From Methanobacteriota archaeon (GTDB taxonomy: Archaea > Thermoplasmatota > Poseidoniia > Poseidoniales > Thalassarchaeaceae), in contig BPDA01000001.1 in NCBI GenBank assembly GCA_019654055.1, positions 17,938 to 81,937 on the forward strand: DNA of 64,000 bases, given 5' to 3'. The translations under genes were made by a program, and so were the position numbers. Below the pieces are notes generated by a model, which searched no databases, was not told where the DNA came from, and was given only the letters and a program-made list of their open reading frames with translations. Position 1 is the first letter of the stretch. Each line of letters opens with the position of its first letter. Shown here one piece after another: positions 53,459-63,508 of the stretch.

Positions 53459-53467
53459 TCTCTCACC

Positions 53468-53836
53468 TCATAGAGCGTTTGAATCATCATCGAAGCGCGC
53501 ACGCAGATCGTCCATGCGCATGGAGAGCACCTGGTCCACCGTAGCACCCTCAAGAGTAGCCTTGGCAATGTGCTCGCGGGCAGCTTGCCGCAGCACCGAG
53601 GCTGCCGACTCCCCCCGTAGCCTGCAGAAGTCCCGCATCCTCGCCGTGAGGTCGGGTCCGAGGTCAACCTCAATCCGCTCTCCCATCGAGGGCAGGGGCG
53701 AAGCGAGGTACCTGCGGACGGCCTCTCTAATCACGTCGGAGCGGTTTCGCATGCCGTCGAGGCCAACCCGCTGGTCGATTTCTAGCAAGTGATCCTCGGG
53801 GACCCTCAGCGAGACCATTGGACTGACACCGGCCAC
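53468..53836 (-). CDS. Ribbon-helix-helix (CopG/NikR-like) protein, likely two RHH units
   Basis: MVSLRVPEDHLLEID..VG..GMRNRSDVIREAVRRYL, then RIEVDLGPDL...AASVLRQAAREHI; GTG start with AGGAGG. Confidence 0.8.
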   Translation of the reverse strand: MAGVSPMVSLRVPEDHLLEIDQRVGLDGMRNRSDVIREAVRRYLASPLPSMGERIEVDLGPDLTARMRDFCRLRGESAASVLRQAAREHIAKATLEGATVDQVLSMRMDDLRARFDDDSNAL

Positions 53837-54014
53837 CTCATGCTCCTCCTGAGTCCGGCAGACCCGGTGGGGGCACTTAACTGTATTGCAATTGAAAGAC
53901 AAATGAAATACGATGATTGTGAAACGACTCCGGGAATTTTCGCACGTCTCCCAGCGACCCGGCAATAGTGCGTTTCAAGGCCAAACGTCCTTTCGAAGTC
54001 CCGCAGGGTCGGGC

Positions 54015-55331
54015 ATGAAGGTCATCAACGATGCGATACACGGCCAGTTCTCGCTGGATGGAGTTCGCGGCGACCTGCTAGCCACCCCGGAGATGAACAA
54101 GCTCAGTCACATCAAGCAGCTCGGACTGGCGCACCTAGTCTTCCCCGGGGCCCACCACACTAGGTTCGAGCACTCCCTAGGGGCGTCGCACATCGCAGGC
54201 ATGATGGCCGAGTCATTGGACTTGGACGAGCACGAGACCGAGACTGTCCAAGCAGCTGCTATGCTCCACGACGTCGGTCACGGGCCATACTCACACACGC
54301 TCGAGCACATCCTGCACGAGCGCGGAGGGATGGACCACATGTCGATTACAGAGGGGATTATCCTCGGTAATTACGATGTCCTGCGAGAAGGCGAGCAGTC
54401 ATCGGTGCCCGAACGCCAGACGGTTCCGGACATTCTGGAGAGGCACGGCTTGGAACCCAAGGAGGTGGCCGACCTCATCAGGGGACCTGGAGCCGGCGGC
54501 ACCGAGCGCTCGCTGACAGCGTGGACCGAGGGCAGCGAGGACTTCGTGGACGAGGACCTGACACTAGCGCATCTGGTTCACGGGCCGGTGGACTGCGACC
54601 AGTTGGACTACCTGCTTCGCGACTCGCACTTCACAGGCGTCAATCATGGTAATGTCGATCACCGCAGGTTGATTTCATCTCTCCAAAGGCACGCCGGCGA
54701 TATAGCTGTGGAGGAAGGCGGATTAGCATCGCTGGAGGGGATGTTGATGGCACGAGCGCTAATGTACAGTGGAGTTTACTTCCATAGGGTTAACAGGATT
54801 ACCGAAGTTATGCTCTCGAGGGCGGTAGAGCGCAGTTCGGAAAACATGCCCGGAGTTATGGATCTTCAGCGCAGGGTCGATGCAGAGATATGGGAGGTCC
54901 TAGCAGCTGCCGGAGATTACGCACAGGATATCATCAGGAGGCTGAAGTACAGAAATCTCCTCAAGGTATCTTGGGGTCTCCGGGGAGATGAACTCGATGA
55001 AGAACAGAAAACTCTCCTTCAGGAGATTGGAACGAACTCTGAATCACGCACGCAGTTAGAGGACGATCTTGCACATCGAGCCGGGCTCGAACCAGGATAC
55101 GTAGCCATCGACGTCCCTCAGGCCAAGGTCCTACTGGGTGAGGACCGAATGGAGATGGTAGACGTCAAGATTGTTGGCGACGACGGCCGCACTAGAAGAT
55201 TGCAAGATCACACCCCGATTGCTGATGCTCTGAAGAAGCGCCAAGTGAGCCAGACAGCGGTCTACGTGATCACTCTCCCGGGCCATCAGTCGAATGTGGC
55301 GCAGTTGGCCGAAAGACATCTTTTCTCCTGA
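54015..55331 (+). CDS. HD-domain phosphohydrolase (SAMHD1/YdhJ-like dNTPase family)
   Basis: INDAIHG, IKQLGLAHLVFPGAHHTRFEHSLG, LHDVGHGPYSH, DCDQLDYLLRD, MYSGVYFH. Confidence 0.92.
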   Translation: MKVINDAIHGQFSLDGVRGDLLATPEMNKLSHIKQLGLAHLVFPGAHHTRFEHSLGASHIAGMMAESLDLDEHETETVQAAAMLHDVGHGPYSHTLEHILHERGGMDHMSITEGIILGNYDVLREGEQSSVPERQTVPDILERHGLEPKEVADLIRGPGAGGTERSLTAWTEGSEDFVDEDLTLAHLVHGPVDCDQLDYLLRDSHFTGVNHGNVDHRRLISSLQRHAGDIAVEEGGLASLEGMLMARALMYSGVYFHRVNRITEVMLSRAVERSSENMPGVMDLQRRVDAEIWEVLAAAGDYAQDIIRRLKYRNLLKVSWGLRGDELDEEQKTLLQEIGTNSESRTQLEDDLAHRAGLEPGYVAIDVPQAKVLLGEDRMEMVDVKIVGDDGRTRRLQDHTPIADALKKRQVSQTAVYVITLPGHQSNVAQLAERHLFS

Positions 55332-55432
55332 GTTTTATCGGCCCCTACGGGGCCGTTCGATTCACTAATCCCATTGGGATACCATTCAAAAGCACCCCCT
55401 CGGTCGCGCAAGCGCCCGGTACCTCATAGTAG

Positions 55433-56815
<1,383 letters not shown>

Positions 56816-56821
56816 AAATTT

Positions 56822-57655
56822 TCAGCGGACACGTGGCCCATCTCCCTTGCCATCGGGAACGTACCCATATCCAGTATCCTCATCGACCAATTCTTCATGA
56901 ATTTGTTCGGGGACTTCGTCCTCATGCAGTGATGAGAGGAATTTCTTGAGCCTCTCGCTCTTTGGATTGTTGATAATCGAAGAGGGCCCTTCCTCCGCCA
57001 CAACGCCCTCGTCCATGTATATCACCCGGTCAGCCACGTCTCTGGCGAAGCCGATCTCGTGGGTGACAATCAGCATTGTCATGCCCTCGTCCGCCAGCCC
57101 TCTGATGGTCTCGAGGACCGAGCCGATTAGCTCGGGGTCAAGGGCGCTGGTGGGCTCGTCGAATAGCAACACTTCGGGGCGCATCGCCAGAGCACGCGCT
57201 ATTGCGACCCTCTGCTTCTGGCCGCCTGAGAGATTCCCCGGGTAGGCGTCAATCCTGTCTAGCATGTCGACACGCTCGAGCACCGACATTGCCCACTCCT
57301 CGGCCTCGCCCTTGCTCATCTTCCTAACGTGCCTGAGCCCCAGCGTGACGTTGTCCAATACCTTCAGGTGGGCGAATAGCTCGAAGGACTGGAAAACCAT
57401 CCCTATCCTAGACCTCAGGTTGTTCACGTCCGTGTGAGGCGTGTTAATCTGCTCGCCCTTCAGGTAAATCTCACCCTCGGTCGGCTCGATCAGTCGGTTT
57501 ATGCAGCGCAGAACAGTCGACTTACCGCTGCCCGAAGAGCCGATGATTGCCACCGACTCGCCTTGGTTGACATCGAAGGATATGCCCCTGACGGCATGGA
57601 CTCCGCCAGAGTAGATCATGTGCAGATCTTCTACGTCCAACACCTTGTCCGGCAA
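56822..57655 (-). CDS. Polar amino-acid ABC transporter ATPase (GlnQ-like)
   Basis: GSSGSGKSTVLRCINRL, LSGGQKQRVAIARALAM, FDEPTSALDPE, VTHEIGFA. Confidence 0.95.
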   Translation of the reverse strand: MPDKVLDVEDLHMIYSGGVHAVRGISFDVNQGESVAIIGSSGSGKSTVLRCINRLIEPTEGEIYLKGEQINTPHTDVNNLRSRIGMVFQSFELFAHLKVLDNVTLGLRHVRKMSKGEAEEWAMSVLERVDMLDRIDAYPGNLSGGQKQRVAIARALAMRPEVLLFDEPTSALDPELIGSVLETIRGLADEGMTMLIVTHEIGFARDVADRVIYMDEGVVAEEGPSSIINNPKSERLKKFLSSLHEDEVPEQIHEELVDEDTGYGYVPDGKGDGPRVR

Positions 57656-59848
57656 TCAATCACCCCCTGTCATCCCCAATCCCGGTATCCTAGTCTTCTC
57701 CTCCATCCACCTGAGGAACAGTGCTAGCGTCCAAGTGACCACGAAGTACGATATCAGGACCATCCCCCAAGCGTATGCGTATTGGAATGTACTGGCAACT
57801 ATCAGCTTCCCTTGCCTAGTGAGCTCAGCGTACCCAATAATCATCGCGAGCGACGAGTTGAGGACCAAGTTGACCATCTCGTTGCCCATCGGGGGGATGC
57901 AGATCCTAATCGCCTGTGGCATTATCACCCTGCGCATGGTCTGCAGGTAAGTCAGGCCAACGCTCCTGCCGGCCTCCATCTGGGCCGAAGGTATGGCTTG
58001 GATGGCGCCTCTGATGGTCTCACACTGGTACGCCCCGGAATTGAATCCGAGGGCGCAGATGGCACTGATGAAGGCCGAGTCGTAGAACAGTCCGCCAATC
58101 AACGTGCCATAGTTCTCCTCGGAGTAATCGTACGTGGCGAAGATGTCCGTGATGAAGTTGCGATCCTGCTCCAGTTTATCGAAGCTGAAGATCTCCAAAC
58201 CCGGCTCCTGGATTAGGGCACCCAGTCGGAGCCCGAAGTGGATGAACAGGAATTGCACAATCAGCGGGGTGTTGCGGAAGAAGTCGGTGTACACGGTCGC
58301 TAGGGTGTTCAGCGGCCTGACCCTCCAGGGGTTAATCGTAATCGTCCTTATCTTGACTTTGGAGAACCTGCCGTTGTTGCTGAGGAACAGCAGCCCAAGG
58401 AATGTCAGGGCAATCCCCAGGAGTATCCTCGCAAAGGACTCGGGTGCACCAACAGGGAGGAAGATGTACTCTATACCTTGCAGCCCAAGGCCCCTGGACC
58501 CGGGTATGGCCGAGTTGATCAGATACAGGCCGCTCGCCAGTATCGGAATACCTGTGATCCTGACGTGCCTAGGTTTGAAGCGCTCCACGATGTACCTCAG
58601 GGACGTCGGAGATGTCTTGCACATCGCAAGGGTCACTCCGAGGAAGAATCCGAGTATTATTCCGAAGGCGACGATCTTCACCGTTGCCATGAATCCGTCT
58701 AGAAACATCTCCTTGGTTTCATCGACGAAAACGCCGAAGTTGCTGTACTCGGGTACTACGAAGCCGACTTGGTCGTCCACGCCGGCATCTTCGGTCCACA
58801 GTATCGCACCACCGTCTCCCACGGCTATTCCGATGAATCCAGTCAGCATCTGTATGTGGTTGAAGTCGGAGTCGTTGCCCAACGGGTTGATCTGCTGCGA
58901 GACGATGGTTCCGCCGTTGGTGCTTATCGAGAGGTACCCTCCCTCTCCGGTCATCATCAGTTTGGTAGTAGTGACTACCTCAATCGATGTTAGTTCCACA
59001 CCAAGATTGGAGGGATTCAGGACGTACTCATTGCTGGCTGGAGGATAGTGCCTCTCGAAGTTGATTAGAGTCCAGAGGTAGCCGACCTCAGTCCCTGATA
59101 CGACATTGCTCATCGACATGAGAATCCGACCGTCATCGGTAATCGCGTATATCCTGACGGGGCTGTAGAACTCAACTGCGACGATTTCCGCTTCGCCCAT
59201 CTCTTCGGGGGGTTCGCGGTAGTCCCAAGTCGCACCTCCATCGGCGGAGAACAGGATGGTTCCATTCGCCCCGACGATGACTCCCAACTCATCATCGTAG
59301 AACGAAACCGCCATCAAGTCGGACCCTATGGACAACGAAACACTCTCCCACCCTCCGTTCTCGTATCTGGAGATGGTCCCCCCGTCACCGACGACGACGA
59401 CGCTCTGGCTACCTGTCAGAGAGACCCCATTCACATGAGAGCCCTCTGGTAGGGAGATATCCAACCAATCCGAATCCTGATCTTGCTTAAGGAGCACCAG
59501 TCCGGAATTCCCGGCGACCAAAAGCGCACCGAATCTCGATTCGGAGTGGTGAATGTCGACTACAGTCGGTGACTCGGCAATCTCCCAGGTCAATCCGCTG
59601 TCACTGCTGTTGAGCATCACTCCCTCGGTACCGAACGCCCACACCTGGTCGCCGAATTCAACAGCGGTGAGAAGGTTCTCCGAGGTACCGCTCTCTACAA
59701 TCTCCCAACTGCTCTGGAACTCCTTGGCCTGAATCGGCGAGACGAAGGTGACAAGCACAATCAATGAGGCGATGGCAATTATTCGGGTAACTTTGGGCGC
59801 CATAGGTTCCGTTGACCTAGAAACCTGCTTTTGCATGGCTACCCCCAC
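57656..59848 (-). CDS. Polar amino-acid ABC permease (HisM/GlnP-like) with N-terminal YCF48/BNR-type beta-propeller
   Basis: Signal peptide; SSDSGLTW, SADGGATW, STNGG, VVGDGGTI repeats; then FRNTPLIVQ, NSGAYQCETIRGAIQAI..QMEAGRSVGL, MPQA..IPPMGNE..SSL. Confidence 0.88.
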   Translation of the reverse strand: MGVAMQKQVSRSTEPMAPKVTRIIAIASLIVLVTFVSPIQAKEFQSSWEIVESGTSENLLTAVEFGDQVWAFGTEGVMLNSSDSGLTWEIAESPTVVDIHHSESRFGALLVAGNSGLVLLKQDQDSDWLDISLPEGSHVNGVSLTGSQSVVVVGDGGTISRYENGGWESVSLSIGSDLMAVSFYDDELGVIVGANGTILFSADGGATWDYREPPEEMGEAEIVAVEFYSPVRIYAITDDGRILMSMSNVVSGTEVGYLWTLINFERHYPPASNEYVLNPSNLGVELTSIEVVTTTKLMMTGEGGYLSISTNGGTIVSQQINPLGNDSDFNHIQMLTGFIGIAVGDGGAILWTEDAGVDDQVGFVVPEYSNFGVFVDETKEMFLDGFMATVKIVAFGIILGFFLGVTLAMCKTSPTSLRYIVERFKPRHVRITGIPILASGLYLINSAIPGSRGLGLQGIEYIFLPVGAPESFARILLGIALTFLGLLFLSNNGRFSKVKIRTITINPWRVRPLNTLATVYTDFFRNTPLIVQFLFIHFGLRLGALIQEPGLEIFSFDKLEQDRNFITDIFATYDYSEENYGTLIGGLFYDSAFISAICALGFNSGAYQCETIRGAIQAIPSAQMEAGRSVGLTYLQTMRRVIMPQAIRICIPPMGNEMVNLVLNSSLAMIIGYAELTRQGKLIVASTFQYAYAWGMVLISYFVVTWTLALFLRWMEEKTRIPGLGMTGGD

Positions 59849-59921
59849 TGCCTGAGGCGCCCGGTTGAATATAGTCTAGGCGGACCACCAATTCTAAGTC
59901 GGCATCGCAGCCTCTCGGACC

Positions 59922-60902
59922 ATGAGATGCATACCGACAGCCCTCTGCCTCGGCGTGCTTCTGCTGACAGCACCCAGCGTCTCGGCAGCGGGGGACGTCC
60001 AGTACGTCGTGGGCACTTCCGAGGAGACGGACCCCTCGGGCCTGTTGGAATCCCACCAGCATATCACCGAGGTCGCTTTCCAAGACTACAACATGGCCAT
60101 GCGGGACCTGATGGTGGGCAACATCGACTTCTTCCTGACCACTCACTCCATCGCGGCCGACCCGGCGACCTCAGAGAACACTCCCGGCCTTTCCATCGTC
60201 GGCATGGTGGAAGAGATTGAGTCGTACGTGCCTGTCGTTCTCCCCGACTCTCAAACCGTCATCGGGAGCATGGAATTGCTAGACGCCATGAACGTCGCAC
60301 TGGGGGAACTAATCTCTTCAAACTCTCTGTCAGCAACATACATGACTTGGTTCATCGGAGAGTCAGAGATGGACGCATCCTCGTTCGAGGGGAGCATCGG
60401 CGAGTGGCCTACTCCGACCGAGGGAGGCGTACTCCACTCGATTGTTGATAACCAGAGAGAGATGGTCGCTTGCATGTATGATCGGGACTCTCCCATGTCC
60501 TGGCAGGACGCCTCCGCCCAGATGAACGGCTACGAGGCGGAGGTTGCTCAGATGATGGCAAACAAAATGGGGACTCACTACGGGACACACATCACCTTCA
60601 GGGGCCACGACAGTGGTGGCGAGTTCGAAGCCATAGAGGACCTGAAGAGAGGAGACACCTGTGATTTCATCATGGCCTCCATAACTCCTCAGAAGGCCAT
60701 GTCGAAAGGCCTCATGGGAGGCATTCCGTATCACATCGAGGGATATGTGCTGATGGCATCCCTAGAGTCCCCTCCCTTACAGTCAGCACAGCATCTTTTC
60801 CTTTCGGCAGATGAGGATGAGGGCAGTGAGTTCGACCAGCGATGGATCGCAATCGCCGTCCTCTCGGCGTTCATCGCATACCAGTTGGCCCGTAGACAAT
60901 GA
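59922..60902 (+). CDS. Family 3 (polar amino acid) substrate-binding protein, apparently circularly permuted, with C-terminal membrane anchor
   Basis: Signal peptide, then lobe-II/C-terminal motifs before the N-terminal motifs, then a TM helix with a basic end (RRQ). Confidence 0.75.
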   Translation: MRCIPTALCLGVLLLTAPSVSAAGDVQYVVGTSEETDPSGLLESHQHITEVAFQDYNMAMRDLMVGNIDFFLTTHSIAADPATSENTPGLSIVGMVEEIESYVPVVLPDSQTVIGSMELLDAMNVALGELISSNSLSATYMTWFIGESEMDASSFEGSIGEWPTPTEGGVLHSIVDNQREMVACMYDRDSPMSWQDASAQMNGYEAEVAQMMANKMGTHYGTHITFRGHDSGGEFEAIEDLKRGDTCDFIMASITPQKAMSKGLMGGIPYHIEGYVLMASLESPPLQSAQHLFLSADEDEGSEFDQRWIAIAVLSAFIAYQLARRQ

Positions 60903-60953
60903 CGTGAAGTCCGACCAGCAATGTTCATCGTCGGATTCGCGCCAAACGATGTC

Positions 60954-61865
60954 ATGGGAGAGCTGCTGTATCAGGGTAAGGTCAAGCAAGTTTGGAGCAC
61001 CGATGACCCTAATGTCCTCGAATTCAGGTACACGGACCAGATTTCAGTCTACGACCAAATCATCCCCTCGTTGATTCCTCGCAAGGGAGAGAGCCTCAAC
61101 CGAACAACGTGCCACTGGTTCGACCTAGTGAGCGATGAGGGGGTTTGCGAGACCCACCTAATCGAGATGAACGCCCCCGATCGTTGCCTTGCCAGACGCT
61201 TTGAGGTCATCAAGGAGCCCGGCGCTATACCCCGCGATATGGAAAACGTCTTCGTACCGCTGGAGGTTATTTGCAGGCACCACCTGTCGGGCTCCGGCTG
61301 GCGCAGGTATGCCAAGGGTGAGGTCGGGGCCGAGGAGTTCGGCTTCGAGCCCGGAACCGAGATCGAGGCGGGCTGCAAACTACCTCGTCCGTACCTTGAG
61401 GTGTCTACAAAGTTCGAGGCATTCGACAGGCTTCTCGACAGAGAGGAGGCATTGCAGATATCGAACCTCACCGAACAGGAGTTCGACTCATTGCTCGATA
61501 CGGTACTGAGGATTGATGCCATAATTGAGCGCGAGGCTGGAAAACGGGGGCTGATTCACGTCGACGGCAAGAAGGAGTTCGCCCTAGGCGAGGGCAGGAG
61601 GCCAGTTCTGGTGGATTCGTTCGGCACCCTGGACGAGGATAGGTGGTGGGATGCCGAGACCTACTCCAAAGGCCAGATAGTATCGCTTTCCAAGGAGTTC
61701 GTCCGCGAGCACTACATCGACATAGGACATCATGAGGCCCTGTACGATGCGAGGGAAAGGGGAATCGAGGAGCCTCCGATTCCCGCCTTGCCGCAGGAGA
61801 TGGTAGACAGGACAGCGCAGCTGTACGCATCAATGTACGAGCGACTGACCGGAGCCGAATTCTGA
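60954..61865 (+). CDS. purC: SAICAR synthetase
   Basis: LLYQGKVK, TDQISVYD, IPRKG, PLEVICR, VDGKKEF, DSFGTLDEDRWW, LSKEFVR. Confidence 0.93.
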   Translation: MGELLYQGKVKQVWSTDDPNVLEFRYTDQISVYDQIIPSLIPRKGESLNRTTCHWFDLVSDEGVCETHLIEMNAPDRCLARRFEVIKEPGAIPRDMENVFVPLEVICRHHLSGSGWRRYAKGEVGAEEFGFEPGTEIEAGCKLPRPYLEVSTKFEAFDRLLDREEALQISNLTEQEFDSLLDTVLRIDAIIEREAGKRGLIHVDGKKEFALGEGRRPVLVDSFGTLDEDRWWDAETYSKGQIVSLSKEFVREHYIDIGHHEALYDARERGIEEPPIPALPQEMVDRTAQLYASMYERLTGAEF

Positions 61866-61866
61866 G

Positions 61867-62781
61867 GTGCGCATGGGCACTCACGATTACGAGGACGACT
61901 CTCGCAACGAAGACATTCTCGTATCGGTGAACGGGGACATCGTCCACCGCCAGGAAGCCAAGGTCTCGGTGTTCGACGCCGGCTTCCTGCTGGGCGATGG
62001 AGTCTGGGAGTCGTTCAGGCTGCACAATGGAACCATCGTATTTGCCGAGGACCATCTGGACAGGTTATTCCGTGGGGCCGAGTCGATTTCCCTCGACATT
62101 GGCATGTCGCGCAAGGAGGTACTGGAACAGGTGGATCGTGTGATATTGGCCAACGGCATGCATGACGGCGTACATGTTCGTTTGGTCGTATCTCGCGGCC
62201 TCAAGCCTACTCCCTATCAGGCCCCGTGGGTGATTTCGGGACCTCCGACCCTAGTCATCATGCCTGAGTACAAGAGGGCGGACGAGCGTAGGGCAGTGGA
62301 TGGAATCAGCCTCGTCACGGTCGACGTGCGGAGGGGCAATCAGAACGTCCAGGACCCTCGCATCAACAGTCTATCCAAGCACAACTGCATCGCTGCATGC
62401 GTTGACGCTGCAAGCAAGGGTGGCGATGAGGGCTTGATGCTCGACCCCTCGGGCAACGTAGCGACCTGCAACTCCACTCACTTCTTCGCCGTCCGCAACG
62501 GCGAGGTCTGGACCTCTACAGGTGAGCACTGTTTGGATGGCATCACTCGCAGGAAGGTGCTGGAGCTGTGTCACACGAACGGAATCCCCGCATTTGAGAA
62601 GGACTTCACCCCCGAGCAGGTCCGGACGGCCGATGAGGCCTTTGTGACCGGCACGTTCGCTGGTCTCACCCCGGTGGTGGAGTTCGACGGCAAGCCGATG
62701 AGTGGTGGCCAGAGGGGTCCTGTGTGCGAACGTCTGCAGGCACTCTATCTGGAATTGATCAGGAGCGAGTGTGGTGGCTGA
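61867..62781 (+). CDS. Class IV PLP aminotransferase (IlvE/Dat-like)
   Basis: AKVSVFDAGFLLGDGVWE, HLDRL, SLSKHNC, LDGITR, ADEAFVTGT. Confidence 0.92.
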   Translation: MRMGTHDYEDDSRNEDILVSVNGDIVHRQEAKVSVFDAGFLLGDGVWESFRLHNGTIVFAEDHLDRLFRGAESISLDIGMSRKEVLEQVDRVILANGMHDGVHVRLVVSRGLKPTPYQAPWVISGPPTLVIMPEYKRADERRAVDGISLVTVDVRRGNQNVQDPRINSLSKHNCIAACVDAASKGGDEGLMLDPSGNVATCNSTHFFAVRNGEVWTSTGEHCLDGITRRKVLELCHTNGIPAFEKDFTPEQVRTADEAFVTGTFAGLTPVVEFDGKPMSGGQRGPVCERLQALYLELIRSECGG

Positions 62782-63508
62782 AGGCGTCAGCATCGCCATG
62801 TGGTCCGGGCCACGTAACATCTCGACGGCGATGATGTACTCGTTCGACAACCGGGCTGACTGCTTCGCGAGCGACGAACCGCTCTATGCCCACTACCTCT
62901 CTAGGACCGGCATCAAGCACCCTGATGCTGATGTCGTGATGACTCGCCACGAGACCGATGCCGATGCCGTGACTGACTATTTGACAGGGGCAATCCCCGG
63001 GGCCGCTGGGGTCTGGTACCAGAAGCACATGTGCCATCACATTCTACCAGATATGGACACTGGCTGGCTGGCCGCGCTCGAGAACTGCTTCCTCATACGT
63101 GATCCCAGAGAGGTCCTGCTCTCGCTCTCGAAGATAACCAACGAGGTATCGTTGTGGGCGACGGGCTTACCGCAGCAGGCGAGGCTGCTGGAGCAGGTCA
63201 CCGAGGAAAGCGGAGAGGTACCACCGATACTAGACGCACGCGACGTGCTCGAGGACCCCCGGGGTATGCTAGGGTTGCTCTGCGAGCGAGTGCGGATACC
63301 CTTCAGTGAGGAGATGTTGTCATGGAGGCCGGGTCCAAGGGAGTGCGACGGCATCTGGGCAGAGCACTGGTACGATTCGGTCTGGGCGTCCACCGGTTTC
63401 TCCCCTTACAGAGCTAGGCCGGGCGATTTAGCTCCAGAGCACGAGGCGATTCTGTCACAGGCACTGCCACTCTACGAGGGCATGTACTCGCTCAGGATGT
63501 CTCTGTAA
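62771..63508 (+). CDS. Sulfotransferase-like P-loop protein
   Basis: IAMWSGPRNISTAMMYSF, DEPLYA, YQKHM, FLIRDP, MLSW, WYDSVWASTGF. Confidence 0.85.
   Translation: MVAEGVSIAMWSGPRNISTAMMYSFDNRADCFASDEPLYAHYLSRTGIKHPDADVVMTRHETDADAVTDYLTGAIPGAAGVWYQKHMCHHILPDMDTGWLAALENCFLIRDPREVLLSLSKITNEVSLWATGLPQQARLLEQVTEESGEVPPILDARDVLEDPRGMLGLLCERVRIPFSEEMLSWRPGPRECDGIWAEHWYDSVWASTGFSPYRARPGDLAPEHEAILSQALPLYEGMYSLRMSL

Noticed and set aside
53221-53460. RNase P or SRP RNA
   Set aside because: I could not find their conserved motifs on either strand.
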